Below are positions 1 to 13,713 of a DNA stretch of 64,000 nt, piece by piece (the first letter of the stretch is position 1; each line of letters starts with the position of its first letter). The notes beneath the pieces are model-generated. The model did no database searches and had not been told where the DNA came from. It saw nothing but the letters and a program-made list of their open reading frames with translations. Made by a program: the position numbers and the translations under genes. Source of the DNA: Octopus vulgaris (lineage: Eukaryota); the NCBI GenBank assembly GCA_951406725.2, contig OX597818.1, forward strand, positions 21,080,001 to 21,144,000, written 5' to 3'.

Positions 1-122
1 TCCGGGTTCAGTCCCACTGCGTGGCATCTTGGGCAAGTGTCTTCTGCTATAGCCCCGGGCCGACCAATGCCTTGTGAGTGGATTTGGTAGACAGAAACTG
101 AAAGAAGCCTGTCGTATATATG

Positions 123-173
<51 letters not shown>

Positions 174-365
174 TTGTGTTTGTCCCCCTAGCATTGCTTG
201 ACAACCGATGCTGGTGTGTTTAGGTCCCCGTCACTTAGCGGTTCGGCAAAAGAGACCGATAGAATAAGTACTGGGCTTACAAAGAATAAGTCCTGGGGTA
301 GATTTGCTCGACTAAAGGTGGTGCTCCAGCATGGCCGCAGTCAAATGACTGAAACAAGTAAAAAA
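1..365 (+). mobile_element. SINE family A (5' end outside window), internal (TA)/(TG) microsatellite
   Basis: B-box-like GGTTCAGTCCC at the window start, bipartite body, 3' end ...GACTGAAACAAGTAAAA; close reverse-complement copy at 58810-59215. Confidence 0.85.
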
Positions 366-390
366 GAGTAAAAAGAAAAGAGTATATACC

Positions 391-520
391 AGAGTAAATG
401 CATAAATGTGAAACAAGGTGGGGAAAATAGTACTCGAATACCGGAGGTAGAGTAATATGCCTTATTAATAAAACTGGAAAACATCGCAAAAACTGTTACT
501 CAGTTTCGCGTTCCCGTTCG
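391..520 (-). mobile_element. Penelope-like terminal (pLTR) fragment with truncated hammerhead
   Basis: Minus strand reads CGA-ACGGGAACGC-GAAAC-TGA-GTA-ACAG, i.e. the 3' part of a hammerhead core cut off by a (CA)n tract. Confidence 0.4.
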
Positions 521-534
521 AGTGTGTGTGTGTA

Positions 535-599
<65 letters not shown>

Positions 600-607
<8 letters not shown>

Positions 608-810
608 CTATGTGTGTGTTTTTGTGTCTGTCCCCCCATCCCTTGACAACCGGTGCTGGTATGTTACGTCCCCGTAGCATAGCAGTTCGGTAACAGAGAC
701 CGATAGATTAATTACTAGGCTTTAAAAAAGTCAGTACTGGGGTCGATACATGGACTAAATAAAAATTCTTCAATGCGGTACCGCAGTCTAATGACTCAAA
801 CATGCAAAAA
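600..810 (+). mobile_element. SINE family A, 3' half, diverged
   Basis: Similar to 180-365 (TTGACAACCG..GCTGGT..GTCCCCGT..AGACCGATAG). Confidence 0.7.
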
Positions 811-845
811 GAAAAAAAGATATATATGTATATGTATGTGTGTGC

Positions 846-934
<89 letters not shown>

Positions 935-1058
935 ATATATATATATGTGTGTGTGTGTATGTGTGTGTGCATATGTATATATATTGAGAAAAAAGTCAGA
1001 ATTTTGGAAAAAAAATCTTTTTATTTCTTCATTATTATTAGCGCTTTCATTCCTTTCC

Positions 1059-1111
<53 letters not shown>

Positions 1112-1119
<8 letters not shown>

Positions 1120-1309
1120 TATATGTTACATTACTCGATAGTCAAGATAAAACTCTGAGTTTCAGATGCCGAAGTGGGAATCCACGACATCTGAAACTCA
1201 GAGTTTTATCTTGACTATCGAGTAATGTAACATATAACTGTATAGATAAATTTCCTCTATTTACATAATATTGAGGTCTCTTTCTTTCTTTTGTTATCTT
1301 ACCGTTTTA

Positions 1310-1310
<1 letters not shown>
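1112..1310 (+). repeat. Fold-back palindrome (57-bp arms) with unique 3' tail; probable PLE pLTR derivative
   Basis: 1112-1168 is the reverse complement of 1188-1244 with one mismatch; 19-nt loop; flanked by (TA)n. Confidence 0.85.
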
Positions 1311-1324
<14 letters not shown>

Positions 1325-1345
<21 letters not shown>

Positions 1346-1882
1346 TGAATTGCGTTTTTACCGCTTGGTTCGCTTTCAATGCCACTACGTCCCGTCCGAT
1401 TCGCTCCAAAATTTACACGGACATGTAGAATGAGGTGACGATGCGCGTGGGCTACCTTAGAAATCCCTATCTTAAAAGGTGTGGTTGCTAGGGGCCATCT
1501 TCCTACCTCACCCTATTTCCTCCAGTACTCTGTCACTCCTCTTCATTTGACAATGCAACTACCGTTATTTAATGTAAAGTCTTCCTCAAATCACTCTCGC
1601 TGTTTACTCTCTTCCAAGAACATTTTCACTCACTCTATCTCTTACCTTCCTATACATTTTACTCATGTATCTATCAGCGTTCATGGACAGTAACAAATAT
1701 TACATCGCCAGCCCCATCGCATTCTATTGTCTACCTGTCAACACACACACACACACACACACACGTATATATATACATATATCTAATATTATATTTTTAT
1801 GTTTTTGTTTTTTTACTGTTTCATTTCCCTATTAGTGGTTTGATCTCTAATTTAATTTCTACAGTGTGCACACACACACACA

Positions 1883-1931
<49 letters not shown>

Positions 1932-4900
1932 CTATATGTGGCCCCAGTAGACCCGAATGAAATCGGGTTCTCTTCATCAAAATGTGAAAAGGGGTCTAGA
2001 ATTATCATCGCCACAACTTATGTTTTTCCTAATGATAATTATCATCGCCACCACCAACACACAATCATGACAATCTTTCTCTTAAAACAAATCATGTTTA
2101 CATTGCAAAATATTTCATTTTCCCGTCCTCTCTTTCATATATGTGACCCAGGTTTGGGTGGCCGCACAACTACAATTAGACAACGGCTAAAAACATTCGA
2201 TGTTGATAATGCCTGGATCGTTCCATTCAACCCTTTGCTTTCCAAAACATTTAATGCACACATTAATGTTGAGTACTGCAGTTCGGTGAGATGCATACAA
2301 TACCTCTGCAAGTACATTAATAAGGGCGATGATATGGCCGTGTTTGTGTTCAGTGATGAATACCTTAGACATGACGAAATTAAACAATTTGTTTTCGGTA
2401 GGTATGTATCCTCCAATTATGCAGCGTGGCGCATTTTTGGATACGAGATTCATCTCAGCTCACCATCAGTTTTCCACCTGAATGGTCATTTACAGAAGAG
2501 ACAGCTGCTTTACTTCACAGAGAAAAATGCACGTCAAGTCATTGAAAATCCAAAAGGGACTACGCTTACAGCATTTTTTAAATTGTGTTCAGTTGATGAG
2601 TTTGCTGCTACTCTCATTTACCCTGAAGTACCGGAATATTACACATACAACAATAATAATTGGAAGCGCAGGTCACATGGAACAGAACTTAACAATTGGC
2701 CAGGTCTTTCTAGGAAGAACGTCATTGGGTGTGTGTATAATATTCATCCTACCAAACAGGATATCTCTTTGAGAATGCTACTTCATGTAGTTACTGGACC
2801 GAAGTCTTTTGCTGATCTTCGCACGGATGATGGTATCATCTGCGCCACTTACAGGGAAGCATGTTTGAGGTGCGGACTTCTTCTCAATGACGACCACTTA
2901 CACAGGACATTAGCAGAGGCCTCAAATTGTAAACTGCCATGGCAAATGCGTCGATTGTTTTGTAGCATATTAATCCACTGTAATCCCAGCAACCCTTTTA
3001 ACCTTCGGGAATCGTTCAGACAGAGCCTATCAAAGGACATACAGGCTAATTTAGCGCTACGTGATGGCAACGACGATGTTTATAATGAGGCATTAATCGA
3101 CATGGACAGACACATCAGACGCTATGTTATACGCGGTTTAAGTGAATTCCATCTGCCAACACCTGTCCATCATGAAGCGCCTTTGGATGTTGAATACATG
3201 TCAGAAACAAACTACAACATTGCCGAATTGACGGAAACAAGTACGCGAGATGAACCAAGACTTTTGCCTGAACAAAGAGAGATTTATAATGAAATTATTG
3301 ACAGCGTTAGATTGAACCAAGGAAAGCTGTTCTTTTTGAATGCTCCAGGTGGTACTGGTAAAACTTTCGTTATCAATTTGATTCTCGCAAAGCTGCGCGC
3401 TGAACGTCGAATTGCCATTGCATGTGCTTCAAGTGGTATTGCAGCGACACTGCTTCAAGGCGGCCGCACGGCATATAGTGCATTCAAATTGCCCATGGAC
3501 ATTGGAAAGAAAGATAATCCTATATGTAATATAGATCGTAGTTCCTCAAGAGCAAGACTTCTTCGTGAATGCAGTCTTTTTATTTGGGATGAGGCTACAA
3601 TGAGTAATAAGGCCATGTTTGAGGCTCTTGACAGAACTCTCCAAGATTTGCGTCACAATACAAAAATAATGGGTGGAGCTACGTTTCTCATGGCAGGAGA
3701 TTTTCGACAAACTCTTCCTGTTGTCCGAGCAGGCACTAGAGCCGATGAGGTTAATGCATGTATAAAGCATTCTTATGTGTGGCACAGTGTTATCAGTCGC
3801 CATCTTCAAACAAACATGAGAGTCCACCTACATGGTGATGTGGAGTCTGAGGCTTTCGCAAAACACCTATTAGATCTTGGTGATGGAGTTTTGCCTTTCG
3901 TTGATGATGAGCATATTCGGTTGCCTTTTGGGAATTTCGTTCCAAATGTAGAAGAACTTATAAGAGCCGTTTTACCTGACGTCGAAACCAACTTCCAGGA
4001 TCTCGATTGGCTAAGAGCAAGAGCTATTCTATCGCCTCATAATACAACCGCTGAGGCTACAAATAAACAAGTACTTGATATGAATCCTGGTGAGATAGTT
4101 TCTTTCATGTCCATCGATACAAATAAAGATGAGAATGATGCAGTCAAATATCCACCCGAGCTACTCAACAAGCTAACACCTCCGGGACTTCCACCTCATC
4201 ATTTGTGTTTGAAAGTTGGTGCTCCAATCATAGTGCTCAGAAATATGGAAACGCCTGAAATATGCAATGAAACCCGAATGGTTATTAGGAGGATTCAAAG
4301 CCATGTTATAACTGCTGAAATTTTGAGTGGACCATTTGTAGGAACAATCTAAATGATACATAAAATGAGTATTTCACCCTCTGATGTTCCCATTCAGTTT
4401 AAACGCTTTCAATTTCCGATAAAACTATGCTTCGCGATGACAATCAACAGGTCACAGGGACAATCACTGGACATTGTAGGCATTAACCTATCACAACCGG
4501 TTTTCAGTCATGGTCAATTGTACGTAGCCTGTTCTCGAGTTGGAAATCCACATAAACTCTTCATTCTTGGCAATCATGAGCGCACAAGGAACGTGGTTTA
4601 TCAGGAGGCTCTGACAAAAGAAAACTGATTGTAAGTCATGAAATTTTGCTTGATTTTTTATTTTGCACCTCTTCATTATCTCTTCATTCTTGAAAATAAA
4701 GACATTAAAAAGTACATGGTTCATAAAGAACGTTGGGTTCAGATGTTTGCAAACATTTGATCCAACTCATTCTCTTTATTCCTCATTTTCCGATTCCTTC
4801 TACGTCTACATTAAACGGTTTTGTCAAGTTATTGTTTCTTCGCTAACATAAGACATTCATAAAGTGAATGAGTTGTTAATTACATTTTATACACGATTCC

Positions 4901-5586
4901 ATTGTTTAGGTGGTGTCGAAAGGACTGGCATGTGTCACCATATAAACTCCCTCAGTCAAACTCCCAACTCATGAGTTCACATCGTGATACTCTTTCTACA
5001 AAACTGAGCTGGGTGTGAATTCTAATTTCATTCACTATTACAGATGTTTTAATTTTTGAAACAAACACATTGCCTCTTTCGTTTTAAAACAATAAAACAA
5101 TACTACCTTAATACATTGGTCCAACAAACAAAACATCCAACACTCTCATTCTTTTATGTATCTGTCTTCCTCCATCACTCACTCACTTTTCTCCCTTCCT
5201 TTCACATTCTATCTATAACGTCGTTTCACAGCGTCTACCTACCTTACATTCACTTTCTCTTTATAACGTCGTTTCACAGCGTCCGCTATCCCCCCCTCCC
5301 TGTCTTCCACAGCGCTTTCACACACTCTCACTCTCTACGTCTGTCTGCATTCATAGAGAAAATTATCATCGCTACCACAACCACTCAATCATGACAACAA
5401 ATATTATGAATCAGATATTTATTGGGTTCATTTATGTGTGTGTGTATCTATAAATATGTATATATAATAATTTTTATATATACAAAGTGCATATATCTGT
5501 ATTTATATATATATATATAATTTGTATACATTTATATATATATACCACACTCTTACCCGCGCGTAGAGCGGGTCACCTTCAGCTAG
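1325..5586 (+). mobile_element. Helitron, internally deleted
   Basis: Rep/helicase frame inside; 3' hairpin ACCCGC-GCGTAGA-GCGGGT (5555-5573) followed by CTAG (5583-5586) then T; 5' end ..TATATATAAAACTG buried in (TA)n so its position is approximate. Confidence 0.9.
2145..4628 (+). pseudogene. Helitron Rep (C-terminal part)-PIF1-family helicase
   Basis: DNAWIVPFNP, HINVE, YLCKYINKG (Rep tyrosine motif), Walker A APGGTGKT (3342-3365), WDEATM, GDFRQTLPV, FAMTINRSQGQS, FSHGQLYVACSRV; single in-frame TAA at 4350-4352; HUH motif absent. Confidence 0.92.
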
Positions 5587-7124
5587 TATATATATATATA
5601 TATATATGTAGGTCCCGGGTTGAGTCGGGGTTAACCACAGTAAATAAGGTACTCAATACATAGCAGAGTAAAGTAATTTATTTATATATATATATATGCG
5701 TGTGTGTGTGTGTGTATGTGTATGCATACACACATATGCAGAAAGCGAGGTTTATAGACAGACAGACAGACAGGCGGATAGAAAGATAGATAGATATTGT
5801 TTATAAGTTTATTTATGATTTTGAGTTTAGTAATGTAAATATGCTTAAATTAAATGGTGAACTCAATCATTCGCTAATTAAAAATCCATAAAACGAATAC
5901 GGGACTAACTAGTTGGATTGATACGCTTCATAAAATCTTTGAAGATGGTGGCACAACATGGCCAAAGTCCAGTAATAGATTTGCGTTCGTGTGTGTGTGT
6001 GTGAGAGAGAGAGAGAGACAGTGCATTGTGTATACATACATATGCCTCAAAACAATCCATACATACATACAAACATGCATATTATACATACAAAACATAC
6101 AAACATATATACACATACATCCATACATTTATACATATGTATTTGGAGAGAGAGAGAGAGGGGGGGGAGAGAGAAAGAAAGGAGGTTGGGTGGGAGAGAG
6201 AATAAATGAATATTAGAATAAGAAGCAAAAGGGAAAATATATAAATCGGCCCGCGAGTTAAAAACAGGAAATGGATCATAGAAAAGAAAAGAAAAACAAA
6301 ATGGTGGACAGGATATATCCGGTGTTCTGGTCGTTGTATCTGACATATGATACGTCTGGATGAGAGTATATTTGTTTAGTGGAAATGTCAGAAAATTCTT
6401 GAAACGCATTGGTGGTGGCGGTGGTGGAGGTGGTAGCGGTGGCGACGCTGGAAGCCAAGATTTAAGTGAAGTTGGTGGTAGTGGTGATGGGAGAAGAAAT
6501 ATTAACGATAATGGTTTTTGTATCAGTTTTGTGTTGTATACAATATATAAGTCGAAAAGGATACACACATAAACCTCTTCATGGGGTTAATTTGAAACGG
6601 GACTAAACCGGTGGATGATGTTGGATGGCTGTGTTAACGTGAGTGTCGACGATGATGTTGAAAGTGGAGGTGGTGGTGCTGGTGGTGCTGGTCGTCGTCG
6701 TCGTCGTCATCGTAGTATGGAGGTGTATTACTATGATCAGAAGGAGTTGATTAAACACAGAAAGTGTAGGAGGTAGAATCTGTTGGATGCTTTAACAGCG
6801 GATGGAGAAAAAAAAAGGAAAGCAAGAGAGGAGATATTTATATATAAAGAACTTAGAGATCTACGTATGTAAAAACAATCAGCTATTCATACATACATAT
6901 ACATATGCATGCATCTTTACATATATATATATATACATATGAGCAAAAGATGAACAAAACAAGACAGCCTCCTTTTTTTATATTTTAATATCTTTCCTTT
7001 GCATCTTTCAACCGAGTAGGCGGCCAGACAAAATAAACACTAAAACTCCCACCAGGAAGAGAAAACGTGCGTGTGTGTAAGGGGAGTGTGTGTGTCTGTG
7101 TGTGTATGTATATACGTATAACTA

Positions 7125-7267
7125 TAGATATGTAAGTAGCTACATACCAACCTGGATGGATGGACAGACAGAAAGACAGGCAGGCAGGCAGAAAGGCTCA
7201 CAGACAGACAGACAGGCAGGTAGGCAGGCATGTTGGTACGTAGGTAGGTGGGTAGGTAGTGTGTTTA

Positions 7268-7322
<55 letters not shown>

Positions 7323-8248
7323 GAGAGAGAAGGGTGGGGCAATGGTGGATACAAATTAAGAGTACAAGAAACTTAGGAACATAGAGAATATGCTGTGAAC
7401 TATCAAATAAGAGAAACGTTCAGGTGAAGAATATTAAAGGTTGCAAAAAATATGAACGATGGCGCTTGTTTGATTATTGTCCCGGGCTGGAACGACCTAA
7501 CATAAGATTAAGTCAAGAAATGAAAGATATTCAACGACAGATTGTCTTATGAGTGAAACAACTGAACGAAATAAGGTTGGGTCTGGTTGGGAAAATCTTA
7601 AAAGAATGAAGGAATATATATGGTTAAGTGGGCTGTAAAATAAAGGAATTAGTGAATGCAGTTGAAAATTGCCGGTTGTATTTTCATTGAAAAGATTGAG
7701 TTGGATATGTAGGTAGCTACATGGATATGTTGGTAGCTACATGTAGATATGTAGGTAGGTACGCCGCATCCTTCGTGTCCGATGGCGTCCCTTTGTCTCC
7801 AACAGTTCGGTGCGACCATCCTAACGAGATGTCTGCGTTGGCTGGGTCATGCCCTCCGTCGTCAACCAGGAGAATTCATCTACGAAGCAATTGCCCCAGC
7901 TCCCCTTCAGGGTTGGCGAAAGCGATATGGTGGACAACGAAAAACCTGGCTGATGACAGTTAAGGCCGATCTGGAACCCAACCTAGGCCCCCATGTCTAC
8001 GGCGTTCGCCGCTGGAATAGGGAGTGGGTTGGAGATCACGCGGTCGTTAGCCTTAAATCGCCAGGCCTGGTCGGCGTTTGTGAGAGATGCAGCATTGAGG
8101 ATGAATGAAGCCAGCTCAACCCACCCCGGGTGAATGCTGTCTCAAGACAAGAAGAAAAGAAGTAGGTAGCTACATACCAACCTGGATGGATGGATGGACA
8201 GACAGAAAGGCAGGCAGACATGCAGAAAGGCTCACAGACAGACAGACA

Positions 8249-8290
<42 letters not shown>

Positions 8291-8330
8291 TAAGTAGGTA
8301 GGTAGGTAGGTAGGTAGGTAGTGTGTGTTT
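7125..8330 (+). repeat. Local direct duplication (7125-7270 vs 7740-7762 plus 8162-8330)
   Basis: GTAGCTACATACCAACCTGGATGGATGGACAGACAGAAAG..GAAAGGCTCACAGAC present twice; second copy split by the RTE insertion. Confidence 0.75.
7763..8161 (+). mobile_element. RTE-clade LINE, 5'-truncated 3' end
   Basis: LRWLGHALRR..GWRKRYGGQRKTWLMTVKADL C-terminal motif; (CAAGA/AAG) tail; TSD-like GTAGGTAG[G/C]TAC at 7751-7762 and 8162-8173. Confidence 0.85.
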
Positions 8331-9984
8331 GTGATAGAAGGAGAGAGAGAGAGTAGAATAAATGAATGCGAAAAGATCAGCTAAGCTGACTAAATACAGA
8401 AGAAAATTAAAAGATAAGGGATTATAAGAATGCGATATGTAGTTGACTGAATGAAATTGGAGACACACTGAATATGACAATTAACGGAACAGATTAATGG
8501 AATAACGTATTGCTGAGTTAAGATGTCATCACCAGTGGACTGAAATTAACGAATGGCCAGGGCAACTGATTAACAAGGAAGGAATGAAGGAAAAGAAGGG
8601 AGAGAATAGAATAGGATGCGAAAGAATATTGGTGGTAAAATTTGCAATGTTAGAGAAAAACTCTTTTGTTAAAGTTAATGAGTTTCATGCCGTTACTGAA
8701 ATGGTGACATTCAGTTTTTCTGGTAAACTGGCGCGAGAATATACGAATGATACATTTTAGCTTATTGTCTTAACATGTATCCATGCTAATAGTGATATAC
8801 GTCTTGACATATATGTACTTATGCGAGGATATGTCCTAATGCGGATCCTCAACTTTAATATATATTACATCTTTAGTCCGATACACACTGATATACGCCT
8901 ATTATACAGATTTTCTAACGATCATTGAGGATGGTAGAAACATCTTGTCCGAGTCCTAACATCTTACTCAACAAACCTTGTGTTGTTGTATGGGAGTTTT
9001 GTCGTCTATATCGGTGGGTAGGACCGGGAAGCTCTAGTGTCGCGGTTGAAGGGGTTAAAACATCTACAGAGCTGCTTCATCGCCTCATGAGACATCGGCT
9101 CCTGCATTAAGAAACGGAGTACAAAGGCACCCTCAGCGCACATATGTTTACCTTACCGAATGGCGATCGCCCTCTTCCTATTTTTAACGTCAATGATCGC
9201 GAAAGTACACGAGCCATAGCGACGCGCGCGGACACGGTCCTGTCCCAGTCTAGTGGCCAAAGCCGATACCGGTAAATTTTAATGTGGACGGTGCCACTCG
9301 TCCCACAAGTACATCAATCAGCCCAACAATAGATTCGTTTGGTCTTGTCGATGCGGGTTGATCATAACCTCCCAGACGCCATCTAATCAGGACTGACGCA
9401 TCCAGATCCTGCCTGACTCTAGCCGGGCGAACTGTAAGAGGTACACGAGTGAAATCATAGAGAATCAGCAGGCCAAATCGGGCATTACACTCTTCCGTCG
9501 ACGAGTTCAAAGTCAATCAAAACAGTGACCTTTGCGGGAAAAGGTAGTCGGCTCGATACACCGTGGTAGCTACGATCGTAGCCATCTCCCGCAGTGGACT
9601 TTTCTACAATTCCATGATGACCCACCCATATCTATGGACCCTGTATTTAACGATCCCCCGGGATGTCGTTTGTTATTAAAGCGGTTCCTATCTGGCTCGA
9701 ACCCAAAACTTTCGGCGTCGTTAGTTTACTCACTTGTGAAAGGACCAATTGCACAGGTTTTACGGGCAAAATCAACCGACAAGGGACCCTGGGTTAACCA
9801 CAAACAAGATGACTGAATAACATCCATTAACACGGTTGGTCTCGCTTGTGGATAAAGCCAGATCAATTGGAGTTGGTTGCTTTTGACATGACTCGATGAA
9901 AGGCATGCTTTAGAACTCTTATGAGTCCAGAAGCATGCCTGCCATCATAAGTGAGCGAAGATGAGAAGAGAGATTACACACACA

Positions 9985-10150
9985 CACACACACACAACGG
10001 GATTTCATAGTTTCCGCCAACCATATTCACTCGTAAGGTATCTGTCAGCCCTGCAATATAGATGGAGATACTTACCCAAAGTGCCGCGGCAGACGAACTG
10101 TACCCGAAATCACGTGATTGCAAAGTGTGTTTCTTAATCACAAAGCCATG
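9985..10150 (-). mobile_element. SINE family A, 5' half, diverged
   Basis: Minus strand GCATGGCTTTGTGATTAAGAA..GGGTACAGTTCG..TTGGCGGAAACT. Confidence 0.6.
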
Positions 10151-10223
10151 CCAGGATCTTTTCTTTTGTAATTTCCATGGCAATTTAACAAGTCTAAAAA
10201 GTGATACAAGCAGGGTAGGATGC

Positions 10224-10932
10224 GGATCTTTTCCGTTTGGCTGCCAGCATTTCAAAAATTCGAGTTTATCGAAAATTTTAAAATTTGGCACATTAATGTA
10301 GATTTCCAAGCTGAATTGCTGAAGTTATTTTAGTTTTTCATGAAAAAATGCTTTTAAAAAATTATAGAGGTTTAAAGTGTGAGCATTTTCACCCATTCAA
10401 GAAACAGGATTTGGAAGTTGTCATTTTGTGCGTGACAGCATATTTTGTCAACATCCTGAAAATAGCACGTGTTGTCAATATTTGTATTCTACACGCGGAA
10501 ATTGAGTAAACAATACGTCTTTTGTAGTTTTAAGCATTCAATATGCATTTAATGTGATAAACAACACATTACAAATTAAATATCTGAAAAAAAAAAGTTT
10601 TAAGCATTCGATATGCCTTTCGGTAGATAAAACAGTAGAACACAGCGTCAACAAGTGGTTTCAATATATTTGTCAAGACGTGCTTTCTCGCAGAAAAAAA
10701 AGTTCTCTTGTTCCGCTTGGTACTATGGAAACAGGCATGAATGTGTCTGCGGCTTACAATTAGCTAAAATTACCCTAAATTTTCAAACTTGAATAGCTAA
10801 TAACACTTTATTTATTGATTTATATTGAAAATGATTTTCATGGTATTCATAACCTATAAAAGTGTATCATTACACTGAATATGAAATCAATTCGAACAGA
10901 AATTGTCGCTGGCAGCCGAGTGGAAAAGATCT
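10224..10932. mobile_element. MITE with GG-starting TIRs and 8-bp TSD (Merlin-like)
   Basis: TIR GGATCTTTTCCGTTTGGCTGCCAGC vs 10908-10932 (21/25 match); perfect TSD TAGGATGC at 10216-10223 and 10933-10940. Confidence 0.85.
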
Positions 10933-12479
10933 TAGGATGCTATAAGAAACTCTGGATATAAATCTCCTGCACAAAAATAGTACATTCTCGTTTTTCTTTT
11001 TTTTTTTCAACATGAGGAGAGGCGATTATATAAAAAGGAGCTCTGAGCTACAAAAGGTTGATAACCACTTCTAGTGGGTACCACGACACTCCAATTGGAA
11101 ATCATTGCTCTAATGCAAGTATGAGCAACCTTTTCCGAGAAGTGAGCCGCTTGAGACATGTCTCATCATTAGGCAGGCCATACTAAGAAAATTGAAGGTA
11201 AATTTTCGTTACGCGTGCCATTTAGAATGTCCCACTGGTTGCAGTTTACCTATACCCATGATAACTCTAATGGATGATAAATTTGATGGCTGAATGAAAG
11301 AGAAAATGGAGAAATAAAAGAAAATAGATTGTGGACAGTGGACATCATTACATGCATGAAATATTTTAATGAAGTGGATGGTTGAATGAAAAAAAATTGA
11401 AAAATAAAAAGAGAGATGACGAGATGTAAGGCATACAGAAATCGTTCTAAGATGGTTGAACTAAATGGGACAAACGACTGAATGAAGTTGTACTATGCTA
11501 TATATAAGAATCGAAATAGGATTTAAGAGAGAATATATAGTGTTTCAATGAGACTGAAATTATTACAAAGTAAAAATAGCAGAATAAAGGGATGAAAAAA
11601 AAGAAGAAAAAGAATACGATAAAGGAATGTTAACGGGAATGTCACGTGGACGGAAAATGTCACATTCAGACAAATGTGAATGAAATAATTGAAGGGGAAG
11701 GGCGTTCCAATGAAGAAAACAGTGGAGGAGTGGAGAAATAAAGTGTGGAAAAGGTACGACTAAACTTACTGAACGGGAACTGTTCAGAGAATATTTTTGC
11801 GTGAAGAAATTTTAGAAATAAAAGTATGTAGACAGAAGACACCCAGTTGTGTGGTTAAGCCAAGTGAACGAGAGAGATACGGTCAGTTGATTTGAGAAAA
11901 ATAGAAAACAAAAGATACGCAGTCAGAAACCATCCAGTTACGGCTGAACTGACTGGACAAGAGAGAAAGAGAGAGAGGTGGGGAGAGTCAGCTGATAGGA
12001 GGGAAATACAAGAATAAAGGAATGTAAAGAATGAAGGAATGTAGGTAGAAGACATCAGTTACAAATCTACTAACAGAATGAGAATAACTGTCATCTGAAT
12101 AAAACAGCATAATAAAACAGAATGAAAGGTATACATGAGTGATAGAACAGAATTGCAAATACATAGCAGATAAACTATGTCAAAAACAGTTAAGAAAATA
12201 TAGATAAAAGTATAATATTGTTTTTAAAAAAATTGTATAAATTAATATGATGCAGTAATTGGGAAGTAGAATAAAAATAGCGGAAAGATTTGGAGGAAAT
12301 GGTTAAGGGGAAAAGAGGAGATAGAGAGGAGGGAAACGATGCCGATGATGATGATAGATAGGAGGATATTTAATAGATTCGAACGTAGACCAGACTTCTT
12401 TAAACAGCGAAAAAATATTTAGCAAAAAAGAGGCAGCTGTACTTTTGGCGGTAGTGTGTGTGTGTGTGTGTGTATTACA

Positions 12480-12735
<256 letters not shown>

Positions 12736-13084
12736 TGGAAATTCGGGTAATAGTGAGATATATGTTGTTGATGGTGGTGGTAAAAGTGGCAATGGTGATT
12801 GTACAGGTGATGACGACACAAGTTTTGTTATGATAGTGTGGGTGAAGGTGCAGCGATAGTGATGTGGTAACGACCGCGGTTAATATGTGATGATGTCTGA
12901 TCGTATTTACAGTTAATTCTGGTGGTAGAGGCAATGGTAGTGGTGGCGGCGACGACTATAGCAGTGATGGAGGTGACGGCAGCATTCGTTGTGGTGGTGG
13001 TAGCTGCACTCGTTCTGCTGGTGGTGGAGGTGATGGTGGCAGCGGCGGTGGCAGTGACGACGGGGTTACGAGACTGTTATTAAT

Positions 13085-13500
13085 GGGTGATGATAGAACT
13101 GATAACGGTGATGTCTTCATTGCTGTTTAGCCCAGGGCAACTCCGATCGAACGAACCCGTGATTAAAAGCGTTTCAACGGTAACCGTCCCATCTTTTTGT
13201 ACACCAGGGACTGCATTGCATAATGGTATCCATTTTCTTTTTTCACTTGAAACGGTAGGGTGTATTTTGGCTATCGTTTCTAGCAGGTCTAGCGGCCACT
13301 TACAAATTACCACGATGTGCCTGTTATTGCTGTTGAGCCCCTGGGCAGCTCTGATCAAGTAGATATAAAAACACTCCGGTCGTGACTATTTCTTTTCCTT
13401 TTTTTTTTAAACTATGTATCTAGGACTTTATTATCAAATATGTTCCCATTTTGAGGGAGATTTAGCTCTTATTTCTAGCAGGTCAAACAACCACATAGAG
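13085..13500. repeat. Unclassified interspersed repeat (GATTTAGCTGCTATTTCTAGCAGGTC motif family)
   Basis: Motif recurs at ~13260, 13460, 48640, 49100 and 55415, and in reverse orientation at ~55670-56280. Confidence 0.55.
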
Positions 13501-13562
13501 GCTCCCATATAGTTAGTTGTGGGAGGGATGTATGTACACAGCGATTGACATAATTGTTGATT

Positions 13563-13642
13563 ACAGCAGCAGCAGCAGTAGCAGTAGCAATATCAATAGC
13601 AGCAGCAGCAGCAGTAGCAGTAGCAGTAGCAGTAGCAGTAGC

Positions 13643-13713
<71 letters not shown>
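13563..13713. repeat. (AGC)n/(AGT)n trinucleotide repeat
   Basis: Direct reading. Confidence 0.95.

Noticed and set aside
1866-2144. N-terminal 93 aa of the 828-aa ORF
   Set aside because: Starts at a GTG in a (CA)n tract and is low complexity; Helitron homology begins only near 2145
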